The position numbers and the translations under genes were made by a program. A DNA stretch of 46,421 nucleotides, the filler included, from Jimgerdemannia flammicorona (lineage: Eukaryota), in assembly GCA_003990765.1 (NCBI GenBank). It is 2 parts of 2 records of this genome, joined end to end, with 100 filler letters (N's around TTAATTAATTAA, not from the genome) between each part and the next. Parts side by side here need not be neighbours in the genome. Positions count along the whole stretch, not along the records: positions 1 to 23,161 come from RBNJ01001144.1; positions 23,262 to 46,421 come from RBNJ01001145.1. One strand, written 5' to 3'. Within the stretch, counting starts at the first letter, position 1. Each line of letters opens with the position of its first letter. Shown in pieces: positions 20,398-33,300 of the stretch. The notes under the pieces are model-generated. The model worked only from the letters and a program-made list of their open reading frames with translations. It searched no databases and was not told the DNA's origin.

Positions 20398-23161
20398 ATG
20401 AACAATACAACTAGGATATTCTCTTTGAATATTAATGGATTATGGGGGGTGGCTAGGAGGAAGTATATATTTGGATGGCTTAAGGGACTGGATGCAGACC
20501 TCTTCTTATTACAGAATGTTCATTAAGAGGCAGATGTGGATTTACAGGATTGGACTAAGGAATGGGGGGGGGCAGTGGTATGGAGGGGAAAAGTGGGTAT
20601 TCTCATTCGGAAAGGGATGGGGGACATTGAGAACATTGGACATTGGGGGTCTTGGGTGGTGTGGGGAATGTGGAAGAGGCCTGGCTAGGGCTTGTTGACA
20701 GTTGGGTCTTGTTACTGCCCAGCTGAGAGAGGGGAGAGGGTGGATTGGATTCACAGGTTGAAAGAGGCTGGTGTCTTGGGAGAGGTTGGGCTGGACTGTA
20801 TGGGGGGTGATTTCAATATAGTACAGGATAAGGAGATAGATAGAACAGATGGTGGGAGAGGCATGTGGGGTGAAAGTGGTAGGTTGGGTGACTGGTTGGA
20901 GACAGAGAGGTTGAGTTCTTTAGTGGACTCAGGAAGATATTTTTGGACTGATCAGTGGGTGTACACCCACTGGGCAGCAGGGCTGGGCTCCAGGATTAAC
21001 TGGGTTTTGACAGTGGAGTGTTGGGGAGCAGATGTCTGGTTGGTGCTAGAAGTAGTTTAGTGTCTATGGTCTGATCACTGGGGGCTGCTTGGAGGGGGGA
21101 GGTTTGGGGGAAGTGAGGATGGGCCTGGACATTGGTGGCTAAATTCTTCCTTGTTGGAGGATAGGGCTTTGTGGGAGGGTTGGGAAACAGAGGTTGTCAG
21201 GAATATCAGAAGATGGCAGGAACAGGGCCTGGGGATTGGGGACTACTGGAGGAGACTGAAGGTGAATGCTCAGAGGTATTGGAGGGAAGCAGGGAAAGGA
21301 AGGTGTGCCCAGTGAAGGTGGAGGGTGCTGTGGGCCTTGTGGTGTCTGGTGGCACTCATGGGGAGATGGGCAGGTGTGCTGGAAGATGGGAAGGTGACTG
21401 ATTGGTGTATTGTGTGAATCTGAAAGGAGGTGGAGGAGCTTAAAGGAGTGTTACAAAGAGAGGAAAAGGTGAGGCTGCAGAAAATGGTGGCCCAACTGTG
21501 GTGGCAGGAGCTTGAGGAGAGGGAGAGGCCTACTAGGTTTTTGATGTGATTGTTACAAGTATGACGAATGAAGCAGTAGTGGGAGGGAGTTCTGGATGTG
21601 AATGGTGAGCTGGTGGTGGGGACTCTGGTGATTCTGGGCTTACTGAGAACCAGTTGGGAGAATCTATAGAGTGAGGAGGAAGGAGGAGTGGATGCTTTGG
21701 ACATTGAAAGACAGCTGGGAGATTGGCACCTGAACTCTGTAATGGGCCTAGGGGCTTTGGGGGACCCAGTGAGTGGAGAGGAAATTTGCAAGGTTGTGGC
21801 CTTGACAAGTAAGGGGACAGCTCTGGGAGAGAATGGACTTCCTGCAGAAGATGGCTGGGGTAAGCGAGGTGCTAGAGGAAATGACTGCTATGTGTGATGG
21901 AGTTCTTCAGTCTGGTGCTTGGATTGGGGGACAGTGCCTAGGGCTAGTCTCCTTGCTCTACAAGAATAAGAGGAGACAAGAAGACTGGAAGAACTGGTGG
22001 CCAATCATGCTACTCAATATAGACCACAAACTGGTGACTAAGATCTTAGTGATGAGGCTGCAAGGAATTGCTCAGCAGGTACTTGGTGTGGAGCAGTGGG
22101 GTTTGTCAGTGGCCGGTTGATTCATGATAGGACAGCTTGGGTACATGGAGTGATTGAAGGTACCTGGGCGATAGAGGTGGATGGCCAATTGGTGTTTCTG
22201 GATCAAGAGAAGGCTTATGATAGAGTGCAGAGGATCTGGCTGGAGGGAGTACTGAAACAGATTGGTATCCCCCCAGGGTTCTGAGGGTCATTGATCGGCC
22301 TCTTGGAGGACAGTCAGGCAGCATTGATCATTAATGGCCACAGGGGAGTGACCTTTCCCCTGGGGCATGGGGTGCCACAAGGGGACCCCTTGTCATCCAT
22401 ATTGTATGCCCTCTCCTTGGAGCCTCTACTGGACAGAATTCGGTGTCAGATTGGGAGTTTGGACATTTTAGGGATTAATTGGAAGGTGGGGGCCTTTGCT
22501 GATGATATGGTGGTCAGGCTGAGCTCCTTGATGGATGTGGGGGAGTTACAGAGATCTGTGGAATGGTATGAGAGGGGTTCTGGTGCTAAACTAAACTAGC
22601 ACAAATACAAGACTCTGGTGCTGGGTGCTGGAATTGTTGGTGGTGATATAATTGGGACAGTGGTGCTGGCTGGCAAACCAGTGCATTATTTGGAGATCTA
22701 CTTCTCAGTGTTCAGATCTCTTCTTCCCTGTATATGGTGGGACCAACAACTTCTGGAGTGGGGAAATGTTCTGCTGCAATAGGGAGGTCAACATATGTCC
22801 CTAGCCAGAAGGGTGATGATACTGAATGTGTATTGGATGCCAAAGCTGTGGTATGTGGGATATTATTTGGATTTCCCAACCTGGGTGGTCAGAGGGCTGT
22901 TGAAGATGGTGAGGTTATGGATCTGGGGAGGGCGGCGAAGCCAGGTGGGTTGGGAGGTGCTCACACTGCCCTTGAAAAGAGGTGGGCTGGACTTAGTTGA
23001 CTTTACTAAGTGGCTTCACTGTTTGAGAGCTTGGTGATGGTGGGTGGGTTGGGGTCCTCAAGGAGGACAACGTCGAGGTTTAGTGATGGAGATCTGTAAG
23101 CAGAGTAGTGGGAGGGTGGGGATAGTGTTCGACAAAGTGGTCTTTCACAGAGAAGGGGTAG
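20398..23161 (+). pseudogene. LINE ORF2: APE endonuclease and reverse transcriptase, with stops and frameshifts
   Basis: MNNTTRIFSLNINGL...DLFLLQ, GGDFN, SRI.W, SDH, W.PIMLLNIDHK, LDQEKAYDRV, QGDPLS and AFADD motifs. Confidence 0.94.
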
Positions 23162-23261
23162 NNNNNNNNNNNNNNNNNNNNNNNNNNNNNNNNNNNNNNN
23201 NNNNNTTAATTAATTAANNNNNNNNNNNNNNNNNNNNNNNNNNNNNNNNNNNNNNNNNNNN
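23162..23261. other. Assembly gap with artificial linker (N44-TTAATTAATTAA-N44)
   Basis: Symmetric 100-nt N run with a central 12-mer that has stops in all six frames. Confidence 0.95.
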
Positions 23262-23425
23262 GCAAAGAGATAGCAAAGGAACTAGTAAGCCTGCGGGCAG
23301 ATACACTTCGAACTCACCCACCCTCCCCTGCAACTTCAAGAAGACTCTGCGAGAGTCAGAACAGTCAAGTTTTCAAGATACAGAAATCCGACGTACTTTC
23401 AAGAGTAAGCGTCCGCTACGTTACA
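23262..23425. mobile_element. Terminus of a young LTR element inserted into Gypsy C
   Basis: Ends ...CGTTACA (TGTAACG on the minus strand), a canonical LTR terminus. It has 8 CpGs in 164 nt and abuts the truncated dUTPase frame. Confidence 0.6.
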
Positions 23426-25779
23426 CTACATAAAGTCTCTCTTCCTTAGTCAGATTACTTCTCTCTATAAGGCAGATATAGGTTTTATTTAGAGACTTCT
23501 ATTTCAATACCTGTGCTAATAGTCACTTACTTGTCTAGTTCAATAGTTACTTCTATACTAGAGTAGAGATTATAGCTAGTATCAGATTCATGTACTTTAT
23601 CTGAGATTTTTACAGCAATGTGGAATCTCTTGATCTTAATTTTTTTAGAGATTTCTTTGAGATTATCTTCTATTATAGTAATAGTATACATATAAGGAGG
23701 ATAGTTCTTTATTCATATTGGTCTTCTTGTTAGAATATTTGTGAGACATATGTTCACTCTTTTTGTAATAGAAATATACTTCTTTTTTTATGAGTTCTTT
23801 TATTTCTTTATTAAATAGTTTCTTGAATCTATCTTATAGTCTTGAGGACTCATTCATAGGTTCATACTTCTTTTTGAATTGATGTCATTTGTCTCTTTTA
23901 TTGTTATTTCTATTGTCTCTTAGTCTTTGGGCTATAAGAATGATATATACTCTAATAATAGCTTATCTTAGATACTATTACTCATATAGACAATAGTAGA
24001 GTTATTCTTATTTATGAATTTTTTCTAATAACTATCTGAAGATAGTATTGAAAAAGTAGATAGTTTGGATTCTATTTACTGTCTGTTCTCATTGACTATA
24101 TTTTACTCTTATAATATTCAGAAGAGTTTCCAGTTTTATAGCAAATACTTTAAGATCTTCTTTTTTATTATTATAGAATTAAAATTCTTGAGCTTGGTTC
24201 TGGCTTTAGTAATATAGATAGAGCTATAGAACTATTAGATGATTAGTTCCTTTAGATCCATAGTAGCTGAGTAGACTTAATAGTTAGAACTTCTTACTTG
24301 TATTGATTTTGTCATAAGTTTCTCAGATGAGAGAATATATTGATAGATTATATATATTACTACTGGACAGCTATATCTATAAAATAGATAGTAACTTTCT
24401 CTACTTATGAGTCTGTAGTTATATTGAGATCTTTAATCTCATAGTACTTATTATTATTGAGTATACTATCTAAGTTCTGATTATCATTCTATCTATTGAT
24501 AATTGATGTCAACTTATCTTATAAATATTATTACTTGGTCTACTTTACCTTTAAATAGTATAAGATAGAGACCTTTTATAAGTTTGTTATTTCAATACTA
24601 AAGTAAAGGACTTGAGTAAGTATGACTACTTAGTCAATCAGTACTACTATCTTGTCATCTACTAATATTATTCTGCTATCTCTATTATCTATTTTGTGAG
24701 ATAATTGAAGTCCTTCTTTTGTTATTATGATATATTGATCATGATTTAGGGTTGACTCTTTTTTAATATTATTAAGGTAAGTGAGCTTATAAGCTAGTAG
24801 TCTTGATGAGATGACCATCAGATCTACTATAATTTTTAATAAGCTTAATATTCTTGATAGTAGTTCTGTAATAGTACTGAAACTACTAATATTAGGTTTC
24901 AAATATCTCTTCAATTATCCTCCTAGGTCTGGATGATGTGGTAAGAGTCTTATTAGATTCAGTAGCTTATAGTTCTTATACTAGATTATTCAGAATTTCT
25001 TTTAATAGATATAATATTTCTTATAGTTCAAGAAGATCTTGACTTTATAGTAGCAATTATTAGAGAAAAGGTTCAGAAAATATTTACTTATAGTCTTAAT
25101 AGATTTTTATATATATTTCTCACAAAAATATCTACCAACTAGCTTGTTAAATTTCTTCTTAAGTTTAGTAGTATAGAGGACTTCTTTGTTAAGTATAAAA
25201 AAGATATTGAATACTTCTTAGATAGTTTATTGTTGAGTTTGTCAAACTCCTCTTAACTGATATAGGTTTTGATCTACTTAGTGATAATTTTGTTAAATTC
25301 TTTAGCTTAAGTCTAAGGAGTATCTAGGATGAAGGTACTTCTTGACTATTACTAATAATATTAGCAATAATGACTAATTCTGATTATCTGTAGTAGATTC
25401 TTAAAAAAAGGTTGCTCATAAGTAGAGAGTAACTATCTATTGCTACCAAATTATAATAAAACTATATACTAATAGAATTAATATATTGCAGATAGTTAAT
25501 GATAACTATTAGCCCTAAGTTTCAAGTTCTTAAGAAAGTGCTGAGTTTTAATTATCTATTGTAATAGAATCTAGATATCACTTTCAGATTCTTATATTGA
25601 TAGAAGTATCATACTTATATTTCAAGTTAATCAGACTTAGAATTATTAATAAGTTAGATCTGAGAGTTCTATAATAAGAATACTGCTTTATTCTTATATT
25701 TAAAAAAAGTAGAGCTAAGGTTACAACATATTCAATATAGAGAGTATTTATATATATTTAAGACTATAACTAAATATAA
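23426..25779 (-). mobile_element. Old, heavily decayed Gypsy-like element C (LTR part, PBS, gag, dUTPase)
   Basis: On the minus strand: PBS-like TGGTAGCA at 25448-25441; gag-like KVTIYFIDIAVQ** (WW decayed) and KARTKLKN; decayed zinc knuckle YFYYKKSEHMSHKY (~23776-23735); dUTPase-like KISDKVHESDTSYNLYSSIEVTIE...ISTGIEIEV...ERSNLTK (~23640-23426). Confidence 0.72.
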
Positions 25780-27277
25780 TGTAATAGTGACCTCAGAATG
25801 ATGACATCAGTATAAGAGACAGTAATTCCTTACAAGCCACCAGATCAAAGTATAAGAAGATTATATGATATGAGCAATGATGACTAACTGTGAGTCATTG
25901 AGACTACAATACAGACATCTCAAGAAATATAAAAGAAGGATCCAGAAACCATAGTAGCAGCAACCCAACAAGACCCACTAATTCCAAAATAGCTCAAAAG
26001 ACTTATTACAAACAAAATGTCTGCTGCTCACCAAACCTCAAGATCAAGGAACTACTAAGGTCCTTCAGTCTAGGAAAGAATGTTCTAAGATATCTGAAGA
26101 GCCATAAGGACCTGCACTATAAGGACTCCTAGTATCAATCTGGGTACTGATGACTCTTATCATTATATTCTCTACCACTATGAGATAGAAACAAGAATTA
26201 CTATTATTACCAAATATCTCTAGATGTAGTAGGAATATGAAATAGGAAATCTCCTCTGCCAGAAATTCCCTCAAACCAGTTCTCAAGAGCTATAAGATAC
26301 CATTCTTATGGATATATGTAAAATAAGAACAGTCAAGAAGATTCATCAGATCTTCAGACATGCATTATAATTGATCCCCAACTTAGAGTATATCAGAGTC
26401 TCAGACTTCAGAGATCTGTTAGCCCATCATATCAATGCACTAGAAGTCATAGTAGCTACAGAGGTCCAGTCTACTATCACCCTTAATAGTGACAAGATAG
26501 AAAAATTCCAGTATTCCATTCTTCAGAACAACTCAGATCAGTTTCTACAAGAATTGATCTTAGTATTTCAAGGTCCCAGCATCCAGATTAGACCTCTCCA
26601 AAACTCTACATTTGTTCCTTATTTTGTAAAAGAGAATATCATAGATTGAAGAGCACCTGTTGAATGTGATGATATCATCAGTGATGATATCATCCTATGC
26701 AACATATGCAAAATGGACAAAATATTCACAGACCTCATCTTCTTTGAGGACAGTAATGAAGATGAAGCCCCTATGGTCCTGAACTTCCTGCTCTAAGATC
26801 TTGGTTATATTGAGTTCTTCTAGCATCATTTTTCCATATAACAGTTAATCTCTCTACTGGTATTCTGATCTTATGTAATTCAGAATTATACTAGCACCCT
26901 TTTTCTGTATCACCAAAATTATACCAGCATCCTGAACCTGTACAACCATCTGTGCTGATACTGGAACTTGGTAGTTTTCTATATTTTAGTATTTTATTTG
27001 ATTATTGGAATTTATATTTAGTAACTATTGAATTATATTTTGTATAAATACCCCTCTTATTTCCTTTAAAATAAAGTCAGTCAAGTTCACTTATACACAA
27101 TTCCTTACGAGTAATCTAATAAGATAACAAGATAGTTTAAAGATAAGTTTGAGAACTATAAGACCTTGGGAAGGTACTCCAATAAGAACTTGCTTATAAT
27201 AAACTTAAGTTAGTCTAAGAGATATACCTTGAAGAGAATCTGATATATTTGAAGGACTCAGTAACTACTATGTGACA
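25780..27277 (+). repeat. Gypsy A 5' LTR (1498 bp)
   Basis: TGTAATAGTG...TGTGACA, a direct repeat of 44865-46363. Confidence 0.95.
26017..26796 (+). pseudogene. Decayed ~260-codon ORF of unknown function inside the LTR
   Basis: ATG at 26017 is in frame with ORF 26371..26649. Several in-frame stops correspond to CAA/CAG/TGG codons in the 3' LTR copy (45102-45879). Confidence 0.62.
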
Positions 27278-27280
27278 ACT

Positions 27281-27295
27281 TGGTGCCCATTAGCT
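27281..27295 (+). promoter_or_regulatory. Primer-binding site of Gypsy A (tRNA identity not determined)
   Basis: TGGTGCCCATTAGCT starts 3 nt after the LTR end. Confidence 0.7.
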
Positions 27296-27397
27296 AATGA
27301 TTTAAGATGAATTCCTCACTTTCAAGCTGAAAAATGAACAACCACCACAACAACTACTCTGACTACAAAAGTCACTCTTGTAAGAATTTAAGACAAG

Positions 27398-30300
27398 ATG
27401 GAAATGTGTCTCCCCACATTCTATAAATATACTACTGAAGAGTCAATTCTGATCTTCATTGACTTTGAACAATTTTCTGCTATATAAGCCCTCAATATAG
27501 ATTTTTTTTTTTTTTTTTATAGTTATTTAGACTCTGCCATTTATTACCAGTCTATTAATAAGTTTACAGTATCACCTCCCACTACCCAATCCTCATAGGG
27601 GAGCCTCTCTCCATATCATCATGAATAAAGATTACCTTCTCACCCACTACTCCAACCCTCCCCCCACTCTGCCCACAGATTTTTTCCACCAAGCAATATC
27701 TATAACTACTCTATAACCCCCAACCAAGCCACCAGCCTGTCAAAGTGTCTTCCATAAGGCTATGCCAATACAACAGCTGGTCTCCTAAGCCCAGTCTCCT
27801 CTCATTCTCAAAAACAAATAGCCAGTAACTGGTCAGCCCTATCCAAATCGCCAACACCCAGCCTAAGGTAAGCCACTCCTTCCCCACCTCTCCCACCAGT
27901 CTATCCCTCAAATCCTCCCACTGACCCTGTGTGCCATCACCCCTACATACTACCCCCAAACAATCCTCAACAGTCCACCAAAAGTTACTAAGTACCTCAT
28001 ACTCTCCTAGCCAATGTTTAGGCATCTGTACATATCTCCCTTCCTGCTCTATATTGTGGTACTTCTTATAGTTAAAGCAACTCCCCTCGATAAGGTGATC
28101 TAAGCAGAAGTTGAGCATTATATTCCTCCTCAGTATGTACCACCAGACCACTCAGTACTTCAGCAGCATCCATCTTCTCACCTCAGCACTCTAGGCCCAA
28201 ATGCCATACTAGTTCTACTCTTCTCTAATACCCACTTCCTGTCATCTGCTAGGCCACATATTCTGACCTGGTCTCTTTTAGCATTCTATCCCATCACTAA
28301 TATCAAACTCAATTAAGAGAATGTCTTCCAGCAACACTTGGTCTTATCTCTACATTACTAAGTTCCAAGCCACCTTCTCTTCATTTCCCTGTCAATAAAT
28401 TCCAATATAGTACACCCCCTCTGCTACCCCCTACCAGAAGCCTTTGTATCACAATTATTCAGTATTCTGAAGCCTAACCAATGATAGGTGATTACCTGTT
28501 GAGCCTCTTGGAGAGAATCTCATCTCTCAGACCTTCTGCAATAGGGATACTCAACTGCCTCCTCTCAACTCCACTGCTCTCTTTAACCACCATACTCTCA
28601 AGCAGTATAGCCTCTTCAGAAAATCAACCAGCCCAAGTCCTCCTCTTGCCACTAGTAAGAATAAGACCTCTCAACTGATCTGACTCCTTCTTCTAGCCCA
28701 GATTCACCTCTTGGCCAGCTTCATCAATCTCTTTACTACTCAGGTTGGGAAGTCCAGATGATATACCAGATATCACAACTTCAGCAGCCAATAGATGTTT
28801 AAAATCAAGATACACTCTGCTAGAGATAAGTGACAATCTCCACAACTCTGCAGAGCCTCCCCCCAGATTTCAACCCTCTGCTTCCACCAAAGTCTGGGTA
28901 GTACTAATCTATATACTAATAAATAAATACCCAAGTACTACACTACCTCACCAGTAGGGATAATTGTTTCAATAATATCCCCTCCCATCAGGCCATTGCC
29001 TAATACCATTGTTTCACACTTATGCCAATTGAGTTTAGCCCCAGAGTTCTCCTCATACTACTCCACTATCTCTTTGAGCTCCTCAATATCAGCAATTGAT
29101 CCTAGGCCAACTACCATATCATCTGCAAAGATCCCAACTTTCCACCCAATTCCAAAGACAGAGAGCTCCACTATCTTCTGTCTGATTCTGTCCATTAGAG
29201 GTTCCAGGAAAAGAGCATACAGAATGGGGAATAGTGGGTCCCCCTGGGACACACCCCTACCCAGGGGAAATGATACCCCTCTATGTCTATTACACATGAG
29301 TGCAGCCCTACTCCCTTCCAGTAGACTAATCAGAACTGGTACAGTACCCTAGTCTTATCCAATACTTTCACCAGCCAGCCTCACCATACCTGGTCATAAG
29401 CCTTCTCCTGGTCTAAGAAGATCAGTCACCCATCTAGTACACAAGCTCATGTCCCTTCAATAACTCTATATATCCAGACTGTGCTATCCCTAATGAGCTG
29501 GCCTCCTACAAAGCCCCTCTGCTCAATACCTAAGACTTGCTAGGCCACCTTCTGTAGCCTTGTGACCATCACCTTAGTTACTAACTTTCTGTCCATATTT
29601 AGCAGTATAATCAGCTGCCAGTTCTTTCAGTCCTCTTGCCTTCCTTTGTTCTTATAAAGCAATATCACCAGCCCCAGATCCTGCTCTCCCACCCATCTCC
29701 CTGTCTGTAGTATAAAATTACACAATGCCATCATCTCACCCAGTACTCCTGGGACTCTCACTATCTTCTTCCAGAAGTTCCAGGGCAGACCATCCTCCCC
29801 AGATACCATATCCAGTATTGTCACAGCAAGAACCTGGTAGATCTCTTTCTCTTGTACTGGTAACACTAAGTCACCCAGCCTATCCACTTATAGAGGGTGC
29901 CAATCCTCCAATATCTGGTCAATGGTAGCAGCATCAGCCCCACCCTCCTCCTCACTCTATAATCCACTCTATCACTCCTTTAACAATCCAAGAATATCTT
30001 ATATACCATGTACCAGTATATGTACCATTAGAGTCAAGTACCCCCTCCCACCTTTGCTGTACCCTTCTTATCTGAAGGGCTCTTGTGAAATACTTCAAGG
30101 GCCTCTTCTCTTCCTCCAAATCCTGTCAACAAAGCCATGCTGCCAAGCTCTGTACCCTTGCCTCTTCTTCATCCCACAACATCTATTGTAGTTCTCTAAC
30201 CTCCATTTTTGCCCTCATTAATCTCCAATCCTCTCCTCTCTCCAATGTCACTAGTCCTGTCCAATCCTCCAAGAGTCTAGTCAGTCTAACAGAAGCCCAT

Positions 30301-33300
30301 CTCACCCATTGCCTCTTCTGCTTCCCAGCCTCCTTGCCAGCCTCACTCTAGTAGACTCTGGCTATCTCTTTCATCCTCATTCACTGAATACCAACTGGGG
30401 CACCTTCCTGCCTCCAGCTCTCTACCCTCAGTTGAATGTCTTCAGTCCACTCATCCCACTAGATCCTATCATCTAATAAAGAGGAATTGAGACACTAATG
30501 TCCAGGCCCATCCCCACTTCCCCCAAAATGCCCCTGTCCTAACAGCCCCCAATAATCTGACCATGGACACCATTCCATCTTCAGCAACTTCCAAACATCC
30601 AAGCCCCAGTAGCTAGCTATCAAAATCCAGTCAATTCTTATTTCCAGGCCCCCTGCCCAATATATATATATCCTACTATCCCTCCAATACTCCCTACCAG
30701 CATCTACCAGAGCACTTAGCCTTTCTACTTCCTCTCATACTGCCAGCCCTCCACTCTTACTCTCAGCTCTCCATTCTCTATCTGTTCTATCCATCAGTAC
30801 ATCCTGGACCATATTGAAGTCTCCACCAAGTATATCCATCCTAGTCTCTGTAAGGACCCCACTCTTTTGGAGACCCTTCACCCAATCCACACACTCACTC
30901 CATATAGTGGAGCAGTAACAGGAGCCCACTGTGACCAGCTCTCAACCTGTATGTATCTACTCTCCCCAGACCAATCTATCTTCCCAGCTTCTCATATCCC
31001 ATATCTCTCCTCTATCTTTCTAGATCAGAATCCCAATCTTGTTCTTCCAAACTGCCTCACCTCTCTATTCTTTTGTCCATTCTAGCCTATCTAAATCATC
31101 CTTACACCTGATATCCTGCAAGAGAAAGAGATCAGCCTCCAATCCCTTCAGCCAAGTAAAAATATTCCTACATCAAGAAGTATCCCATAACCCATTCATG
31201 TTCAAAGAAAAAAAAGTTGGTTGTACTATTCATAATGAAATACAGTATGTTATCAAGTCTATCCCTACTGCTCTATATTCATCTCTTCTTGTGCCATGTC
31301 CAGATTATGTTCTGCAGTCACCTCCTCCTCTTCAGCCCTCTGAGCCTCTAATCTAGCCAACAGCTCATTCATCTCCCCATCTGCCTTCTCCTCAAACTCC
31401 TTCTGGTACTCCAGACAGGCCTCCTGTCAGAGCTGTAATCTATGATACTTGGTCCAGTAGTATTTAGCCCTCTCACCAGTGATACCTGCCAGCTCTATCT
31501 TCTACTCCTTATTTACCTCATACCCTTCTTTCTCCAGATACACTGTAAGAATTTTTGCCTTCAATGTCATCACCACTCCATCTCTCTATAAGATCCATAC
31601 CCAATGCTCATCACTCATTACTCTCAGATCCACCTCCCCCAACTCTTCAGCTACCAGGTTATTTATTATCTTACATATCCAAAGTAGGTTCCCTATCTTC
31701 TTTTCTCCAGAAGTTGCTGGCCTCCCTCTATCCAGCATCGTGGTGTCAGCCCCAGCACTTACAGACTCATCCCACACCTCTGAGATATCCACCAATTCCT
31801 CCTCTCCAACTGCCACTACTTGTCTCCCATTCACTACCTCTGGAACTCCAAATTGCACTTGCTGGGCCCTCTGTATTAGTACATCCTCTACCACCCTACT
31901 TTGGGAAGCCAAACCTTACCTGATAAGAGGAGTAGGGGTAGGTGAGTCCTCTCAGGCCTCCTCTCAGACCTCAAATATACCATCAGCATACAGGTTATTA
32001 CCAGTTGCCTCCCTGTCCTCTCCTGTCCCCTTCTCTGCACTCCTGCCACCCTCACTGACCCAGACACTTGCTTTGGTATCCCCTGCCTCTACCATTCCAC
32101 CTGCATCCTTTTGTGGTCTATCTTCTAGCTTAGTCAGCAACTCCTTCTATCTCTTACATCTCTGAGCTCTTTTCCACTACCCTTTGTCTACTTGAATCTG
32201 CTTCCCACCTACCACCTCCAAGTATATTGACTCTACAAAAGCCTTCTAAGTGTTCACTCACTACTCTACAGTACCACTCAGCTCTTTCAGCACTTTCAAT
32301 AAGTCCTCTTCCTCCTCCTCACTCCCCTTCACTCTTGTCACCTTACATAAGATCACCCTCCAGACTAATACTGAAGACCAGTCTCTTGTCTTCCTGATAG
32401 CTTCCTTCTCTGCCAGCTGAATCCTCACATCAATATTCTCAGTCCTGAGTGAGGTTTCTTTCTAGACTCTGAATCTGATATCTACCACCTCTCCATACTC
32501 TGCTATGACCTCCTTGACTCTCCTTCTCATCTCCACTGCCATCACTATGGACACTCTTTTTACTAGCAGTTATACTACTCTGGGTTCTTATCTCAGGCAA
32601 TATGTCATTAGAACACACACCTCTCCAATAGTCAACCCAACCTTCAGTACCTCCTCCAAAGGTCCAGCTTCCTCAAAGCCCACCTTTACTCCCTTCAATC
32701 TCTTCAGAAACTTTACCAATACTACTCTAGCCACCTGCTTAGTGATAAGTCCCAGCACCATTTTCACCATCACCACTAAACCCCAGAAGTACAGTATAAC
32801 TGTGAATACTGAGATCGATTTTTTGAGTAATGAGACTACTACCAGGCCCATCACACCATCTGTCAAATCCCCCTACCTTCCAAGCCCCAGCTACTCAGCC
32901 ATATCATCAGCAGTCACATCTGGATTTTTTTTTCAGATTGGCAGTCCTGTCACTATCAGCTATCATATTCACTCCAGCCATAACACCAGCTCTACTGCTC
33001 CCACCACTAAGAGCTACTCCCCCATGTACTGCCATCTTCCCCATCTCCTTGCCTTTTCTCAGCCATCTCTCTAGCCTAGATACCTGCTATCTCTCCTTCA
33101 CTATCTCTGTAAAGCTTGCTCTCCCAGACCCCTATCCTCTACTACTATCTTCTCTCCTTCTGTGTCCTCCTGCCAGCAGCCCCCTCATACCCCCCCCCCA
33201 GGCCAGGGCCTCTCTCCACATACTGTCAGTCAAATGTGCTTGGACCACTCTGCCCAATATATATCTCAGATTATCTATCAGTCACTATATTGCTAGTCTC

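Larger units (their letters stand above)
18414..23161 (+). mobile_element. L1/Tx1-like LINE, 5' region plus ORF1 and ORF2, cut by the assembly gap
   Basis: Purine-rich ORF1 is followed by APE endonuclease and RT motifs, and is homologous to 27503-33379. The 5' boundary is approximate. Confidence 0.92.

Noticed and set aside
16194..23161. Single LINE with a twin-priming 5' inversion
   Set aside because: Both arms contain the same RT region and differ substantially in sequence. Twin priming gives non-overlapping parts of one template.
23206..23217. TTAATTAATTAA palindrome as a biological site (e.g. piggyBac target)
   Set aside because: It is centred in a symmetric N run and is a scaffolding linker.
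24630..24914. ORF considered as a retroviral protease remnant
   Set aside because: It has no D[ST]G motif and lies upstream of the capsid-like motifs of element C, so it is at most part of a decayed gag N-terminus.
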